Below are positions 45,573 to 54,159 of a stretch of 56,152 nt of DNA, piece by piece. Location: IMG/VR virus record IMGVR_UViG_3300027711_000002, positions 1-56,152 of that record; one strand, written 5' to 3'. The DNA comes from a virus. Taxonomy: Duplodnaviria > Caudoviricetes. Position numbers and translations under genes: made by a program. Position 1 is the first letter of the stretch. Each line of letters begins with the position of its first letter. The notes under the pieces are model-generated. The model saw only the letters and a list, made by a program, of their open reading frames with translations, made no database searches and had not been told where the DNA came from.

Positions 45573-46044
45573 CCTGCGTCATCCTCGCCTTCTTCAGCAT
45601 GTTCGACACGTAACTGGTCGAGACGCCGAGCAGCCGAGCAATGACCACAGTGCTCATCCCACCTTCGTAGGCGAGCCTGATATGCTGGATGCCGTACGCC
45701 TCGTTCTCGTTCTTTTCGCGGAGGGCTTGGACCAGGTAGTCGAGGAGGGCGGGGTCGAAGGCCCCGCCCATCTTCGTCTGTCCGGTGTTCACCTTGATGC
45801 CGAGCCGGGTCAGCATGGAGCGGTGCACACGCACGATCTTGGCGATGTGTGCCGCCGAGAAGATGCCGAACGTGGCCAGCCGCTCCATCGCTTCGCGCCG
45901 CTCGTCCTTGTCGAAGACGTGCGCTCGCTTGTAGATGGAGGAGGCGTAGCCCAGGTACGCCTCCCGCACCTCCGGGTCGATCTCGAAGCGAGCGACCGTG
46001 GAACCGCCGCCGTTGCGCACCTTACGGATCGACACGAGAGCCAT
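45166..46044 (-). CDS. HTH-containing protein whose frame overlaps the polymerase by 407 nt
   Basis: Two HTH-like segments (HIAKIVRVHRS; VIARLLGVSTSYVS); ATG at 46044. Confidence 0.7.
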   Translation of the reverse strand: MALVSIRKVRNGGGSTVARFEIDPEVREAYLGYASSIYKRAHVFDKDERREAMERLATFGIFSAAHIAKIVRVHRSMLTRLGIKVNTGQTKMGGAFDPALLDYLVQALREKNENEAYGIQHIRLAYEGGMSTVVIARLLGVSTSYVSNMLKKARMTQDDRDLVVGTTDTASEGRAEARSEAGVDEGAEAASLTGVWAVDPGSWPEGHLPYPDGVDGFPVLWGDTAISASDPNAFIRADHDEGGYSHMLAGLAWPCTLDSVGHEGCVALGQASGLIDQDGNVVVVVRAARNNG

Positions 46045-46046
46045 GC

Positions 46047-48407
46047 CTACCACCCCATCTTCCTGATGACCTTGGTCGAGCCCTGGTACTCGACCATGAT
46101 GCGGTTGCCATACTCCAACGCTTCGATGATCTCACCGAACTCCCGGGGGCGGAAGCGGGATCGCACCTTGTTGTATGCCTTGGAGTACGAGACTACCTCA
46201 CCGAAGGTCCCCAGCGCCTCTTCGACCTCCTCCTGGCGCTTCGCCCACTCGCTCTCGCGCACCTTGCCAGCGAGAAGCAGCAGGTTGGAGTACCAGTGCT
46301 CCGCGAAGGAGATGGCCTTCACGATGTGGCGCATCTCGACCTCATCACGCTGCTCCACCATGGCCAGGATGCACGCCACCTTCAGCGTGCTCTTGGACAG
46401 GCGGTCGGTGGTCGGCTCGATCACCGATGCCAGGTCGTGACGCTCCGCCTCGGACCCGATGTCCCAGACGAAGTCGTTGAACCGCTGCCACGCCTTGGCC
46501 TCAACGCCGATGGGCACCTGGTTGCCCGGCTTCGTCATGTTCTCCCAGAACATCCGGGCCTGTGCGATCTCGGCCACCAGCTCCTCATGCTCGATGTCCA
46601 CCACGGCCGTGAGCGAAGGCGCACCCGAGCCGGGCTGGACGAACCGCGCGGGCTCATCCATCTGCTGCATGTAGACCGACTCGCGTGTGCGCTTGGGCGG
46701 CTCAGCGTACTCGAAGAGGAACCGAGCCAGGAAGCCCGAGCCGAAGTCCCGCAGTTCCAGGACCTCCGTGATGTCCTCGGTGATGCCGGAGAGGAACATG
46801 TTGAAGGAGGTACGTGCCGCCTTCGTCTTACCCGTCGTCGCCCGCAGCCGACCACGCACACGCCCGTCGTACAGCTCCGTGAAGGTCTCCTTCAGGCCGG
46901 ACATGTAGCCCTTGGCCCCGATCTCCCGGAACATGCCATGGACCTCGTCACGGTTGTACAACTTCGACCGGCCGGGATCGTCGGCCAGCTCGACCGTGAG
47001 CCCTTCTGCCGTGGCATCCGAACCGAGGTCGTACTGGTAGTAGTCGCTCTCCAGCGCCTCGATGGTGTCGAGCATGTAGCCCCTGGCCGTGGACTTCCGA
47101 GACCGCGTTGTACCGCCGAGGATCATGAACCAGAGGTTCAGCCCTCCCATCTTGAAGCGGGTAGCTGGGTACGCGAAGTCCGAGAACACCGTCGAGAGCA
47201 CAGTCAGGATGCCCGCACGCTGGTACCCCTCGGCGGCGTCCGTCCGTGTGCGCGCCCAGGCGATGTAGCGGTCCACGATCGTGTTGTCCGGCACAGAGGG
47301 ACGCTCGTGGGGACGGAGAAAGGTCAGCCCGTCCTTGCGCCGTAGCTTCTGCACAGAGGCTTGCTGGACCCCTTGCGTCGCGGCGGGCAGGACATCGGAC
47401 ATGTCCAGCTCCATCGCACGCAGCGTCTCCAGTTCGTTGAAGTCCAGCTCGCTCTTGGGCGGCGCGTTCACGGGGTCCGAGTACGCCTTCTGGACCTCCT
47501 TCCAGAAGTCCTCCTGCGGGCGGCCGTCCTGCTCGTACTTGTTGCACCCGGCGTTCCAACCGAGAACGAAAGCCGCCTCGATCGGCACACCCTGGCGCGA
47601 GAGTTCGCTCAGGAAGTTCCACATCCGGGACGAGCGGTCACCCTTCATCCCTCCGTTGCGCCCCACCTTCCGGTGGAACAGGTCGTGCAGCCGTGTGCTG
47701 GAGCCCAGGTACCGCATGGCCCGCTCCAGGGTGGGCAGCTCCTGCTGGATGGGCATCGGCAGCTTGGTGACCTCCGCGCGGGAGGGCTCGACGGGCGGGT
47801 AGATCTCGTGGATGTTGGCCAAGGTCGTGAAGACCTTGGTGTGCAGGGTGCAGGTCACCTCCCACGGTGCGTCCAGGTTCGGCTTGTTGTTCATGGTGCC
47901 GGGGATGCGCAGCAACTGGCCGATGTCCCAGCCCGAGGTGTCACAGCCCTCGGCCGCGTGGCCGTGCGCGATACGCCGAGAAGCCCGTGCCAGCTTCTCG
48001 GGGTCCCGGCAGTCGTCGTCGCCCTCGATCCTCCAGTAGAGCTGGAACCGGCCGGGGCTGGTCTCCACCGTCAGCGTCGGCTCCAGCTTGAACAGCTCGG
48101 GCCGGGCCGTGTCGGCGTCCGCGTAGGCCACCCTGCCGATGGCAGCGTTCTCCGCCTTGCGGTTGTCCGCCGTGTGGAACAGGGTCGGGACGAAGTACAG
48201 GTCCTTGTGCTTGTTAGCCACGACGTAGGCCACGACGTCATCCCGCTGCTGCGGCCACTTGAAGAAGGCGTTCTTCGACGGGCCGTTGTCCGGAGACGGG
48301 TCGAACTTCCCGTTGCCGGGGAAGCTGGCGATGCACAGGTAGCCGGTCAGCTCGTGGAACAACAGCCCGAAGAAGCCACCGGCCTTGATCGACTTCCGCT
48401 CTGACAT
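46047..48407 (-). CDS. Primase-helicase (RepB-type primase plus DUF3987-like ATPase)
   Basis: YADAD, VETSPGRFQLYW, LLRIPGT; GGTTRSRKST, RDEVHG, SGFLARF. Confidence 0.88.
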   Translation of the reverse strand: MSERKSIKAGGFFGLLFHELTGYLCIASFPGNGKFDPSPDNGPSKNAFFKWPQQRDDVVAYVVANKHKDLYFVPTLFHTADNRKAENAAIGRVAYADADTARPELFKLEPTLTVETSPGRFQLYWRIEGDDDCRDPEKLARASRRIAHGHAAEGCDTSGWDIGQLLRIPGTMNNKPNLDAPWEVTCTLHTKVFTTLANIHEIYPPVEPSRAEVTKLPMPIQQELPTLERAMRYLGSSTRLHDLFHRKVGRNGGMKGDRSSRMWNFLSELSRQGVPIEAAFVLGWNAGCNKYEQDGRPQEDFWKEVQKAYSDPVNAPPKSELDFNELETLRAMELDMSDVLPAATQGVQQASVQKLRRKDGLTFLRPHERPSVPDNTIVDRYIAWARTRTDAAEGYQRAGILTVLSTVFSDFAYPATRFKMGGLNLWFMILGGTTRSRKSTARGYMLDTIEALESDYYQYDLGSDATAEGLTVELADDPGRSKLYNRDEVHGMFREIGAKGYMSGLKETFTELYDGRVRGRLRATTGKTKAARTSFNMFLSGITEDITEVLELRDFGSGFLARFLFEYAEPPKRTRESVYMQQMDEPARFVQPGSGAPSLTAVVDIEHEELVAEIAQARMFWENMTKPGNQVPIGVEAKAWQRFNDFVWDIGSEAERHDLASVIEPTTDRLSKSTLKVACILAMVEQRDEVEMRHIVKAISFAEHWYSNLLLLAGKVRESEWAKRQEEVEEALGTFGEVVSYSKAYNKVRSRFRPREFGEIIEALEYGNRIMVEYQGSTKVIRKMGW

Positions 48408-48482
48408 CCGTGTCCTTCCAAAGAGGCGGGGCTGCACACCACCATGATGGCGGTGCGCAGCCCCGGGGGTGTGCTCTTGAGA

Positions 48483-49076
48483 CTAGCTGAACAGGCCGCC
48501 GTCACCGGACGCGAACTCGTCCAGGCCGCCCGAGTCGTTCGGGCCGCCCTCGGTCACGGCGCGGAAGGCGTCGAACCGTTCGAAGAGGCGCGGGTTGCCC
48601 TCGTCGTCGGTGGTGTTGCCCTGCTCGTGCTTGGTGACCCTGGCCTCCAGCGTCTTGCCGTACAGCTTGTTCGGGCCGGGGACGCGGAAGTTGATCCGCT
48701 CGCCCTCCTTCGGCGGCTTCGGGATGTCGAAGCCCAGGGCCTTGAAGACCTTGAAGGCGGTGAAGAAGGCACCGCTCCAGAGCGGCGCGTAGATGGTGAA
48801 CCGGCGGCCCGAGCCCCACTTCGCCTCCTCCTGCGGGAGGACCTTGAGGGTGATGTGGTAGACCGGCTTGCCCTCGTTCTTCTGGCTCTTGGAGGGCTTG
48901 ACCTCGGCCTCGTAGATGGAGAACTTGACCCAGGTCCCGATGGGGATGAGGGGGAACTTGGTGGTCTTGAGGTCGTCGCCGGACAGGTCGAGAACGATGT
49001 CGTCCCCGTCGCCCCCGGCCGCGCCGCCGAGCAGGTTCTCCTCGTCGGTGGTCTTCATGAAGTCGTTGTTGCTCAT
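48483..49076 (-). CDS. ssDNA-binding protein (DUF669-like)
   Basis: Follows the AAA ATPase; acidic tail ending LFS. Confidence 0.7.
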   Translation of the reverse strand: MSNNDFMKTTDEENLLGGAAGGDGDDIVLDLSGDDLKTTKFPLIPIGTWVKFSIYEAEVKPSKSQKNEGKPVYHITLKVLPQEEAKWGSGRRFTIYAPLWSGAFFTAFKVFKALGFDIPKPPKEGERINFRVPGPNKLYGKTLEARVTKHEQGNTTDDEGNPRLFERFDAFRAVTEGGPNDSGGLDEFASGDGGLFS

Positions 49077-49131
49077 TGTGATTCTTTCTGTTCGTTCTGT
49101 GTGTTTGGTTAGTTCTGTTACTGGTTGGTAG

Positions 49132-49890
49132 CTACGAGTAGATGGTCTTGTGGATCTCCGCCATCGTCGGGTTGGTCATCTCCTTCGGGAGCTTACGGAA
49201 GCGGTCACCCGCCACCACACCCGACGCTCCGGCGAACCGGACGACCGGCACGGACTGGCCGTCCTCGGTCTGCGTCATGCGAGTGTAGCCCACGACCGAG
49301 GGGACGCGCACGACCTCGTTCTTGGTCTTATTGCCCTGCATCAGCGGCTCCATGACCACGTTGCCCAGGCCGTCCTGGCTCGTGTCCGCGTGTGCGGTGA
49401 TGATGGTCGTGAACGGCGCAGCGTGGAAAGTCTCCAGGATCTTGCGCATCCTGGTCCACACCACCCCCCAATCAGCCAGCAGCATGGCGCGGTCACCCAT
49501 GCTGTTGTTCGGCTTGGCTCCCGGCTGAGTCGTCGCCTGACGGCGAATGATCTCATCGGTGAGCTGCACCTGAAGGGCGTTGACCGGGTCCAGGATCACC
49601 GTCTTGTAACCGTGGTCCTGGTTGATCATGGCGTCGAGCACGGCGGACGACTGCTGCCACGTCTCCGTACGGTACACGTCCACGTTCGGGTAGGTGGTAG
49701 CCCCCACCTCCGCACTGCCCTCGAAGTCCACGATGGCAACGGGAGACATCTCCTCGACCACCGAGGCCGACATCGCCAACGTGGTCTTACCGGTCTTCCC
49801 ACGTCCGTAGAACAGGAACGTCGGGCTCTTGGCCAAGTCCTTCGGGGACTGCATGGTCACACCCTTGACCTTGCTCAGGTCGAGAGGCAT
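49132..49890 (-). CDS. AAA_24 / Sak4-like ATPase
   Basis: YGRGKTGKT, DFEG, VILD, ITAH; start reassigned to MPLDL. Confidence 0.85.
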   Translation of the reverse strand: MPLDLSKVKGVTMQSPKDLAKSPTFLFYGRGKTGKTTLAMSASVVEEMSPVAIVDFEGSAEVGATTYPNVDVYRTETWQQSSAVLDAMINQDHGYKTVILDPVNALQVQLTDEIIRRQATTQPGAKPNNSMGDRAMLLADWGVVWTRMRKILETFHAAPFTTIITAHADTSQDGLGNVVMEPLMQGNKTKNEVVRVPSVVGYTRMTQTEDGQSVPVVRFAGASGVVAGDRFRKLPKEMTNPTMAEIHKTIYS

Positions 49891-49894
49891 CTGC

Positions 49895-50332
49895 TCACTT
49901 CTCCTTTCGGCTGCGCTTGGCGCGCCGCTTCTCACGATTTCGATGGCAGGTAAGGCAATCGCCTGGTCGGCCATCCGAACGCTTCATCCGGTTGTCCGAG
50001 GTCATGGCGTGACCCCGCTTACAGCGACTCTTCGGACCCGCCAATCCCCGGTGAACATTCTCCTTGTTCGTTACCGGCTCCAGATGGTCCGGACGAACAC
50101 ATGCCCTGTTCCTACACAGGTGGTCCAGGTGCAGTCCTTCAGGGATAGGACCGACGAACGACTCGTACATCACACGATGTCCGTAGAGTGTCTTCGTCTT
50201 TCCATCACGTCGGACACCGAGCTGCGAGTAACCGCTCTTCATGAGGTCGCCCGACCAGACCATACATCCCTGGTCGTTGGGCAACTGCACCTTCGTCAGG
50301 AACCGTCGCAGCTCCTTCTCACTGACCTGCAA
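49895..50332 (-). CDS. HNH endonuclease
   Basis: GHRVMYE, LDHLCRNRACVRPDHLEPVT..EN, CKRGH. Confidence 0.92.
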   Translation of the reverse strand: MQVSEKELRRFLTKVQLPNDQGCMVWSGDLMKSGYSQLGVRRDGKTKTLYGHRVMYESFVGPIPEGLHLDHLCRNRACVRPDHLEPVTNKENVHRGLAGPKSRCKRGHAMTSDNRMKRSDGRPGDCLTCHRNREKRRAKRSRKEK

Positions 50333-50341
50333 TGATGCCTC

Positions 50342-51064
50342 TCAGATACCGTAGCGCCTGCCGCAAACCCAGCAGTCCGGGTCTTGGGGCAAGGACATCA
50401 GCCGCCCCTCCTGCACCTGCTGCCACACTTCTTCCAATCTCACCAGGGCCATCTCCGCCACACCTCGGTTGTACGGGGCGAAGCACTGCCAGGTGTCGTC
50501 CAGGTTGTTGCTGTCCCGGGGGATGAAGTTGATCCCCACGTCCAGCGGCGGGCTGCCTGTCTGCTGCTCGACGCCGAACCCGTAGAGGTCTGTCTGGAAG
50601 ACGTACTCCTCGGGCACACCGTGCAGCTTGTAGTTCTTGAGCTTGGCCTTGTCGGTCGTCTTGTGGTCCACGATGGCGACGTACCCCGTGCGGTGCACAG
50701 CCACGACGTCCACATGGCCCTTGATCATCCCGTATCCGGCCAGCTCGTAGATCGGGAAGCTGCCCTCAATGACCAGTGTCCACTCGTCCGGGTCAGCTAC
50801 CTGGGCCAGGCCCACCTCCATCTGGTGGTGTGCGCCTGTGCCCAGCCACGCCTTGAGCCCGAAGTTCTGGCGCAGCAGATCGGGGTTGTACCCTTCGGGT
50901 CGGTACTGCGGGTACATCCTCGTGAGCTTCAAGCCCAGACAGAAGTCACAGCGATAACCGAGGTCTGAAGGCCCCACCATGCGCTGCTCGTCTCGTGCGG
51001 TACGGGCGGTGATGGCGTCCCTCAGCAGCTTCTTGAGAGCCATCCGCCCCTCGTCACGACTCAT
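50342..51064 (-). CDS. Cas4-like PD-(D/E)XK exonuclease
   Basis: GPSDLG..C, GHVD, VDHKT, Q..LY, C-terminal CWVC. Confidence 0.85.
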   Translation of the reverse strand: MSRDEGRMALKKLLRDAITARTARDEQRMVGPSDLGYRCDFCLGLKLTRMYPQYRPEGYNPDLLRQNFGLKAWLGTGAHHQMEVGLAQVADPDEWTLVIEGSFPIYELAGYGMIKGHVDVVAVHRTGYVAIVDHKTTDKAKLKNYKLHGVPEEYVFQTDLYGFGVEQQTGSPPLDVGINFIPRDSNNLDDTWQCFAPYNRGVAEMALVRLEEVWQQVQEGRLMSLPQDPDCWVCGRRYGI

Positions 51065-51368
51065 CGGACTCCGAATGGTCGCAGATATCGCCCCACGCCT
51101 TGCCTCGCATCGTCTGCTTGGCCTGCTCCTGCACCAGCGTGGGCATCGCCTCCCACAGCATGGCGGGCAGCTCGGTGCCGTAGGTGATCCGGACCTCGTC
51201 CGGCTCACCGTCGTCGTCCTCGGCGTCCTCGTCCCGCCACGGCGGCCGGGAGACCACGACCACCATGTCCATGGTCCCGTCGTCCTCGCACAGGACGGGG
51301 TTGACCTCCCAGGTGTTGATCCAGTCCAGCGTCTCGCGCTCGTCTTCGGTCAGCTCGTTCTCTTCCAT
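51054..51368 (-). CDS. Acidic hypothetical protein
   Basis: Typical codon usage; overlaps downstream start. Confidence 0.7.
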   Translation of the reverse strand: MEENELTEDERETLDWINTWEVNPVLCEDDGTMDMVVVVSRPPWRDEDAEDDDGEPDEVRITYGTELPAMLWEAMPTLVQEQAKQTMRGKAWGDICDHSESDES

Positions 51369-51387
51369 CGCCCCACTCTCTCACGTA

Positions 51388-51419
51388 GGGGTGACCATCC
51401 AGCGATGGATGGCCACCCC
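51388..51419. terminator. Intergenic hairpin
   Basis: GGGGTGACCATCCA/TGGATGGCCACCCC. Confidence 0.55.
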
Positions 51420-51456
51420 GTGTAAACGCCCCCGCCGGGTGATTACAGCAGTGACA

Positions 51457-51873
51457 TTAGCACACCTCGGCGGCCCGCTCCGCCTGGGCCTTGGCCGTGT
51501 TCTGCACCTGCGTGTGCAGAGCCTCCGCCATGATCTGGATCACCAGGTGCGGGGTCTGCTCAGCCATCGCTCGTACCAGGTCGGCCACCTTCACCGCCAT
51601 CGGCACGGTCACCGTACCATCCGGCAAGCCCGGCACGGGCAGGGGCATGTTGACCAGGATCGAGCTGTCCATGAAGCCCTCGGACTCCATGTCCTGCGCC
51701 GTGCTGACGGACAGCTCGGTGATCAGGTCCACGCTCCAGTCCACGTCGGCCATGCCACGGTCCACGTCGAGCAGGAAGTCCATGATCTCCCGTCGCTCGG
51801 ACTCGCTGTTGCCCGAGTACTCGATGGCCAGGGCCACGTCGCTCAGGCTGACGTCCACACTCAGGCTGGTCAC
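51457..51873 (-). CDS. Hypothetical protein
   Basis: GTGA overlap; GGAGG upstream. Confidence 0.7.
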   Translation of the reverse strand: MTSLSVDVSLSDVALAIEYSGNSESERREIMDFLLDVDRGMADVDWSVDLITELSVSTAQDMESEGFMDSSILVNMPLPVPGLPDGTVTVPMAVKVADLVRAMAEQTPHLVIQIMAEALHTQVQNTAKAQAERAAEVC

Positions 51874-52016
51874 TTCCCGCCTCCGAGCACACGCTGTGCG
51901 CTGTCTCGCTGGTCTGCGGTCTGGCCCGGGTCAGACGCCATCCGCTCCAGCTCCTCCTTGGACCGGCCACTGTTGGCCTCGTCCAGCTTCTTGTCCAGGT
52001 ACTCGCTACGCCCCAT
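51870..52016 (-). CDS. 48-aa hypothetical protein
   Basis: MGRSEYLDKK start overlapping the upstream stop. Confidence 0.55.
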   Translation of the reverse strand: MGRSEYLDKKLDEANSGRSKEELERMASDPGQTADQRDSAQRVLGGGK

Positions 52017-52270
52017 CACAGACCCCTGTCCATGTTCTCCTGGTGAACGAACAGCCGCAGCTCCGACCCGTGCTTGGCGCACGTGTCCACCCAGTAGCCG
52101 GGGTGTTCGAGCGGCGGCGGCCAGGCGAGGAGGTGGAAGGCTTCGACGGCCTCCTCCTCGCACAGCACGCACTCGTGCGGTCCTTCGTCCACCCGCTGCG
52201 CCGTGCTGTGGTGCTTGGCCAGCGGCAGGTCGGTGATGTGGCAGCCCAAGAACTTCTCCAGTGCCGTCAC
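52016..52270 (-). CDS. Small Zn-binding protein
   Basis: CVLC...CAKH. Confidence 0.7.
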   Translation of the reverse strand: MTALEKFLGCHITDLPLAKHHSTAQRVDEGPHECVLCEEEAVEAFHLLAWPPPLEHPGYWVDTCAKHGSELRLFVHQENMDRGL

Positions 52271-52407
52271 TGCTGGTGGTTCCTCTCGTCGTCTCGGGCC
52301 ACGGCCTCGTCCACAGCGAGCTGGAGTTCGGCCTTGTCACCCTTCTCGGCCAGCTTGACCAGGTCCTCGTCGTGCAGGTCCTTGAGCGGTCGGTTGTCCT
52401 TCGCCAT
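52267..52407 (-). CDS. 46-aa hypothetical protein
   Basis: MAKDNRPLKD start after AGTGAGAAGAG. Confidence 0.6.
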   Translation of the reverse strand: MAKDNRPLKDLHDEDLVKLAEKGDKAELQLAVDEAVARDDERNHQQ

Positions 52408-52482
52408 CTCTTCTCACTCTCCTCATCGGGCGCGGTCGGCCCGGCGCACACCCGAGGGCTTGGGGTGTGCACCGTACCCGTC

Positions 52483-52677
52483 CTACCGAACGGTGTGCAG
52501 CAGGTTCATCAGCTCCGTGGTGTTGATCCGCAGAACCTCCTCGGTCACCGAGTCGGCCAGCAGGGCGGTGCCTCGGGAGGGAACCGCGTGCACACCCACG
52601 CACTGCTTGGTCCAGTCGGTGTCGGACTTGCTGCTCTTGGTGAAGGTCAGGCCCTGGGCCTCGAACGTGTGCTTCAT
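52483..52677 (-). CDS. DUF397-like protein
   Basis: FTKSSKS....CVGV....LADS matches WRKSSYS..CVEV..RDSK. Confidence 0.75.
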   Translation of the reverse strand: MKHTFEAQGLTFTKSSKSDTDWTKQCVGVHAVPSRGTALLADSVTEEVLRINTTELMNLLHTVR

Positions 52678-52680
52678 CCT

Positions 52681-53013
52681 CTACTCCTTGGTCTTCCAGA
52701 TGTAGCGGGTCACCTGGACAGGGACGACCCGGTGCCACACGATGAACTTCTGTCCCTCCTCGTCCCGCTCTTCCCAGAGAGGGTCATCGGGGTAGGAGAC
52801 GTCCACGAAGGTGGTGAAGTATCCGTCATGGGGCACGCGGATCACGAGTTGGCGTTGGTCCTCGTGGTTCACCGCTCCGACCAGGCCGTACCCGTCTTCC
52901 GAGTACTTGTATTCAGCCAGGTAGGGGGGCTTGTCCATGTCGGTGATGTCCGGGAGCTGCCAGCTCCAGAGCTTCACCGAGTCCCACGCGATCAGCATCT
53001 CGTCTGCATTCAT
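52681..53013 (-). CDS. Hypothetical protein
   Basis: AGTGAGGAG RBS; start 53013 or 53022. Confidence 0.7.
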   Translation of the reverse strand: MNADEMLIAWDSVKLWSWQLPDITDMDKPPYLAEYKYSEDGYGLVGAVNHEDQRQLVIRVPHDGYFTTFVDVSYPDDPLWEERDEEGQKFIVWHRVVPVQVTRYIWKTKE

Positions 53014-53083
53014 ATTACACACTCCTCACTGTCCTCCAGCGGAGGCGGCGGGTGTGCGTCGGGATCAGGGACGCACACCACCG

Positions 53084-53278
53084 TCACTGCTGCGGTCGGT
53101 GGAGTTCCAGCAGCCGGGCCAGGCGGGTGACCGTGTCGGCAGGGGACTCTGCCCCGTCCTCGGTCACCTCATAGCAGTCCAGGACGATCTCGGTGATCTC
53201 GTCCAGCAACTGCTCCGCGAACTCGGCGCGCTTGCCCTCGTCGGCCTTCACGCGCTTGGGCTTGCGGTGGCGGCCCAT
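53084..53278 (-). CDS. Hypothetical protein
   Basis: MGRHRKP; operon packing. Confidence 0.65.
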   Translation of the reverse strand: MGRHRKPKRVKADEGKRAEFAEQLLDEITEIVLDCYEVTEDGAESPADTVTRLARLLELHRPQQ

Positions 53279-53279
53279 C

Positions 53280-53654
53280 TCACAGCACCTTGAACCCGAC
53301 GCGCGTGGTGTCCGGCAGGGTCACCTCGCGGTAGTCGTCCGGGGCCAGCACCTTCTTGGCCAGGCTCCCGTCCAGCTTCTCGACGGTGATCTTGGCCAGC
53401 TCCTGCTCGGTCAGCAGCTCCCGCGCCAGCTTCTCGTTGAACTTGCGGGGGTAGGTCAGCTTGACTTCGATGCCCGGGGCGTTGCCACCCTGCGGCACGG
53501 AGAGCTTGGTGTGCTTGCCCTCGAACCGGCGACGGATCTCGTCCTTGTAGGTGTCCGCGTCCTGCTTGGCCAGCTCCTGGCGGGCGGCGGCTTCGGCGGC
53601 CAGTCGGATCAGGGTCTCGTCGGTCAGGTTCTGGATGCTCTCGCTACGGTCCAT
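53280..53654 (-). CDS. Hypothetical protein
   Basis: GAGG RBS; typical codon usage. Confidence 0.75.
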   Translation of the reverse strand: MDRSESIQNLTDETLIRLAAEAAARQELAKQDADTYKDEIRRRFEGKHTKLSVPQGGNAPGIEVKLTYPRKFNEKLARELLTEQELAKITVEKLDGSLAKKVLAPDDYREVTLPDTTRVGFKVL

Positions 53655-53670
53655 GGTTCTGCCTCTTCTC

Positions 53671-54159
53671 TCACTGGTTGAAACTGTTCAGAGGGCTGTG
53701 TGCGTGCCCTGCCGCCTGGAGCAGCGTGATCATGGCGTCGAAGGTGACCTCGACAGCCTCGTTGTCCAACGATTCGGGTATGACCCCACCGCACCAGCAG
53801 TTGCTGTTGGTCAGCAGGTCCTGCATGGTCAGCATGGTGACGAACGCTCGCCACATCCCAACCCGCTTGGCCCCGTAGCCCGCCCGCTTGGTCACGAGCA
53901 CGGCCAGCTTGCCCTCGGCGTTCTCCCGCTGTGCCTCGGCGTCGGCCAGCCACTGCTTGATCTGGTTGCAGCTTGCCTGCTCGGCAGCCTTACCGCTCTT
54001 GACCTGGAACACAACACCCCGTGTCCCGGTGATGTCTCCCTTGTCGTTGATCCCGTACAGCACACGCGGCTCGGCGTCGGGGAAGGCTCCCCGCTCACGT
54101 AGCCGCCCGGCCACGGCGTTCTCGCCTTCTCGGCCGATGCGCTTGGGCTTGTTGGTCAC
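53671..54159 (-). CDS. Holliday junction resolvase-like nuclease
   Basis: KRIGREGE, DKGDI, QVK, W. Confidence 0.75.
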   Translation of the reverse strand: MTNKPKRIGREGENAVAGRLRERGAFPDAEPRVLYGINDKGDITGTRGVVFQVKSGKAAEQASCNQIKQWLADAEAQRENAEGKLAVLVTKRAGYGAKRVGMWRAFVTMLTMQDLLTNSNCWCGGVIPESLDNEAVEVTFDAMITLLQAAGHAHSPLNSFNQ

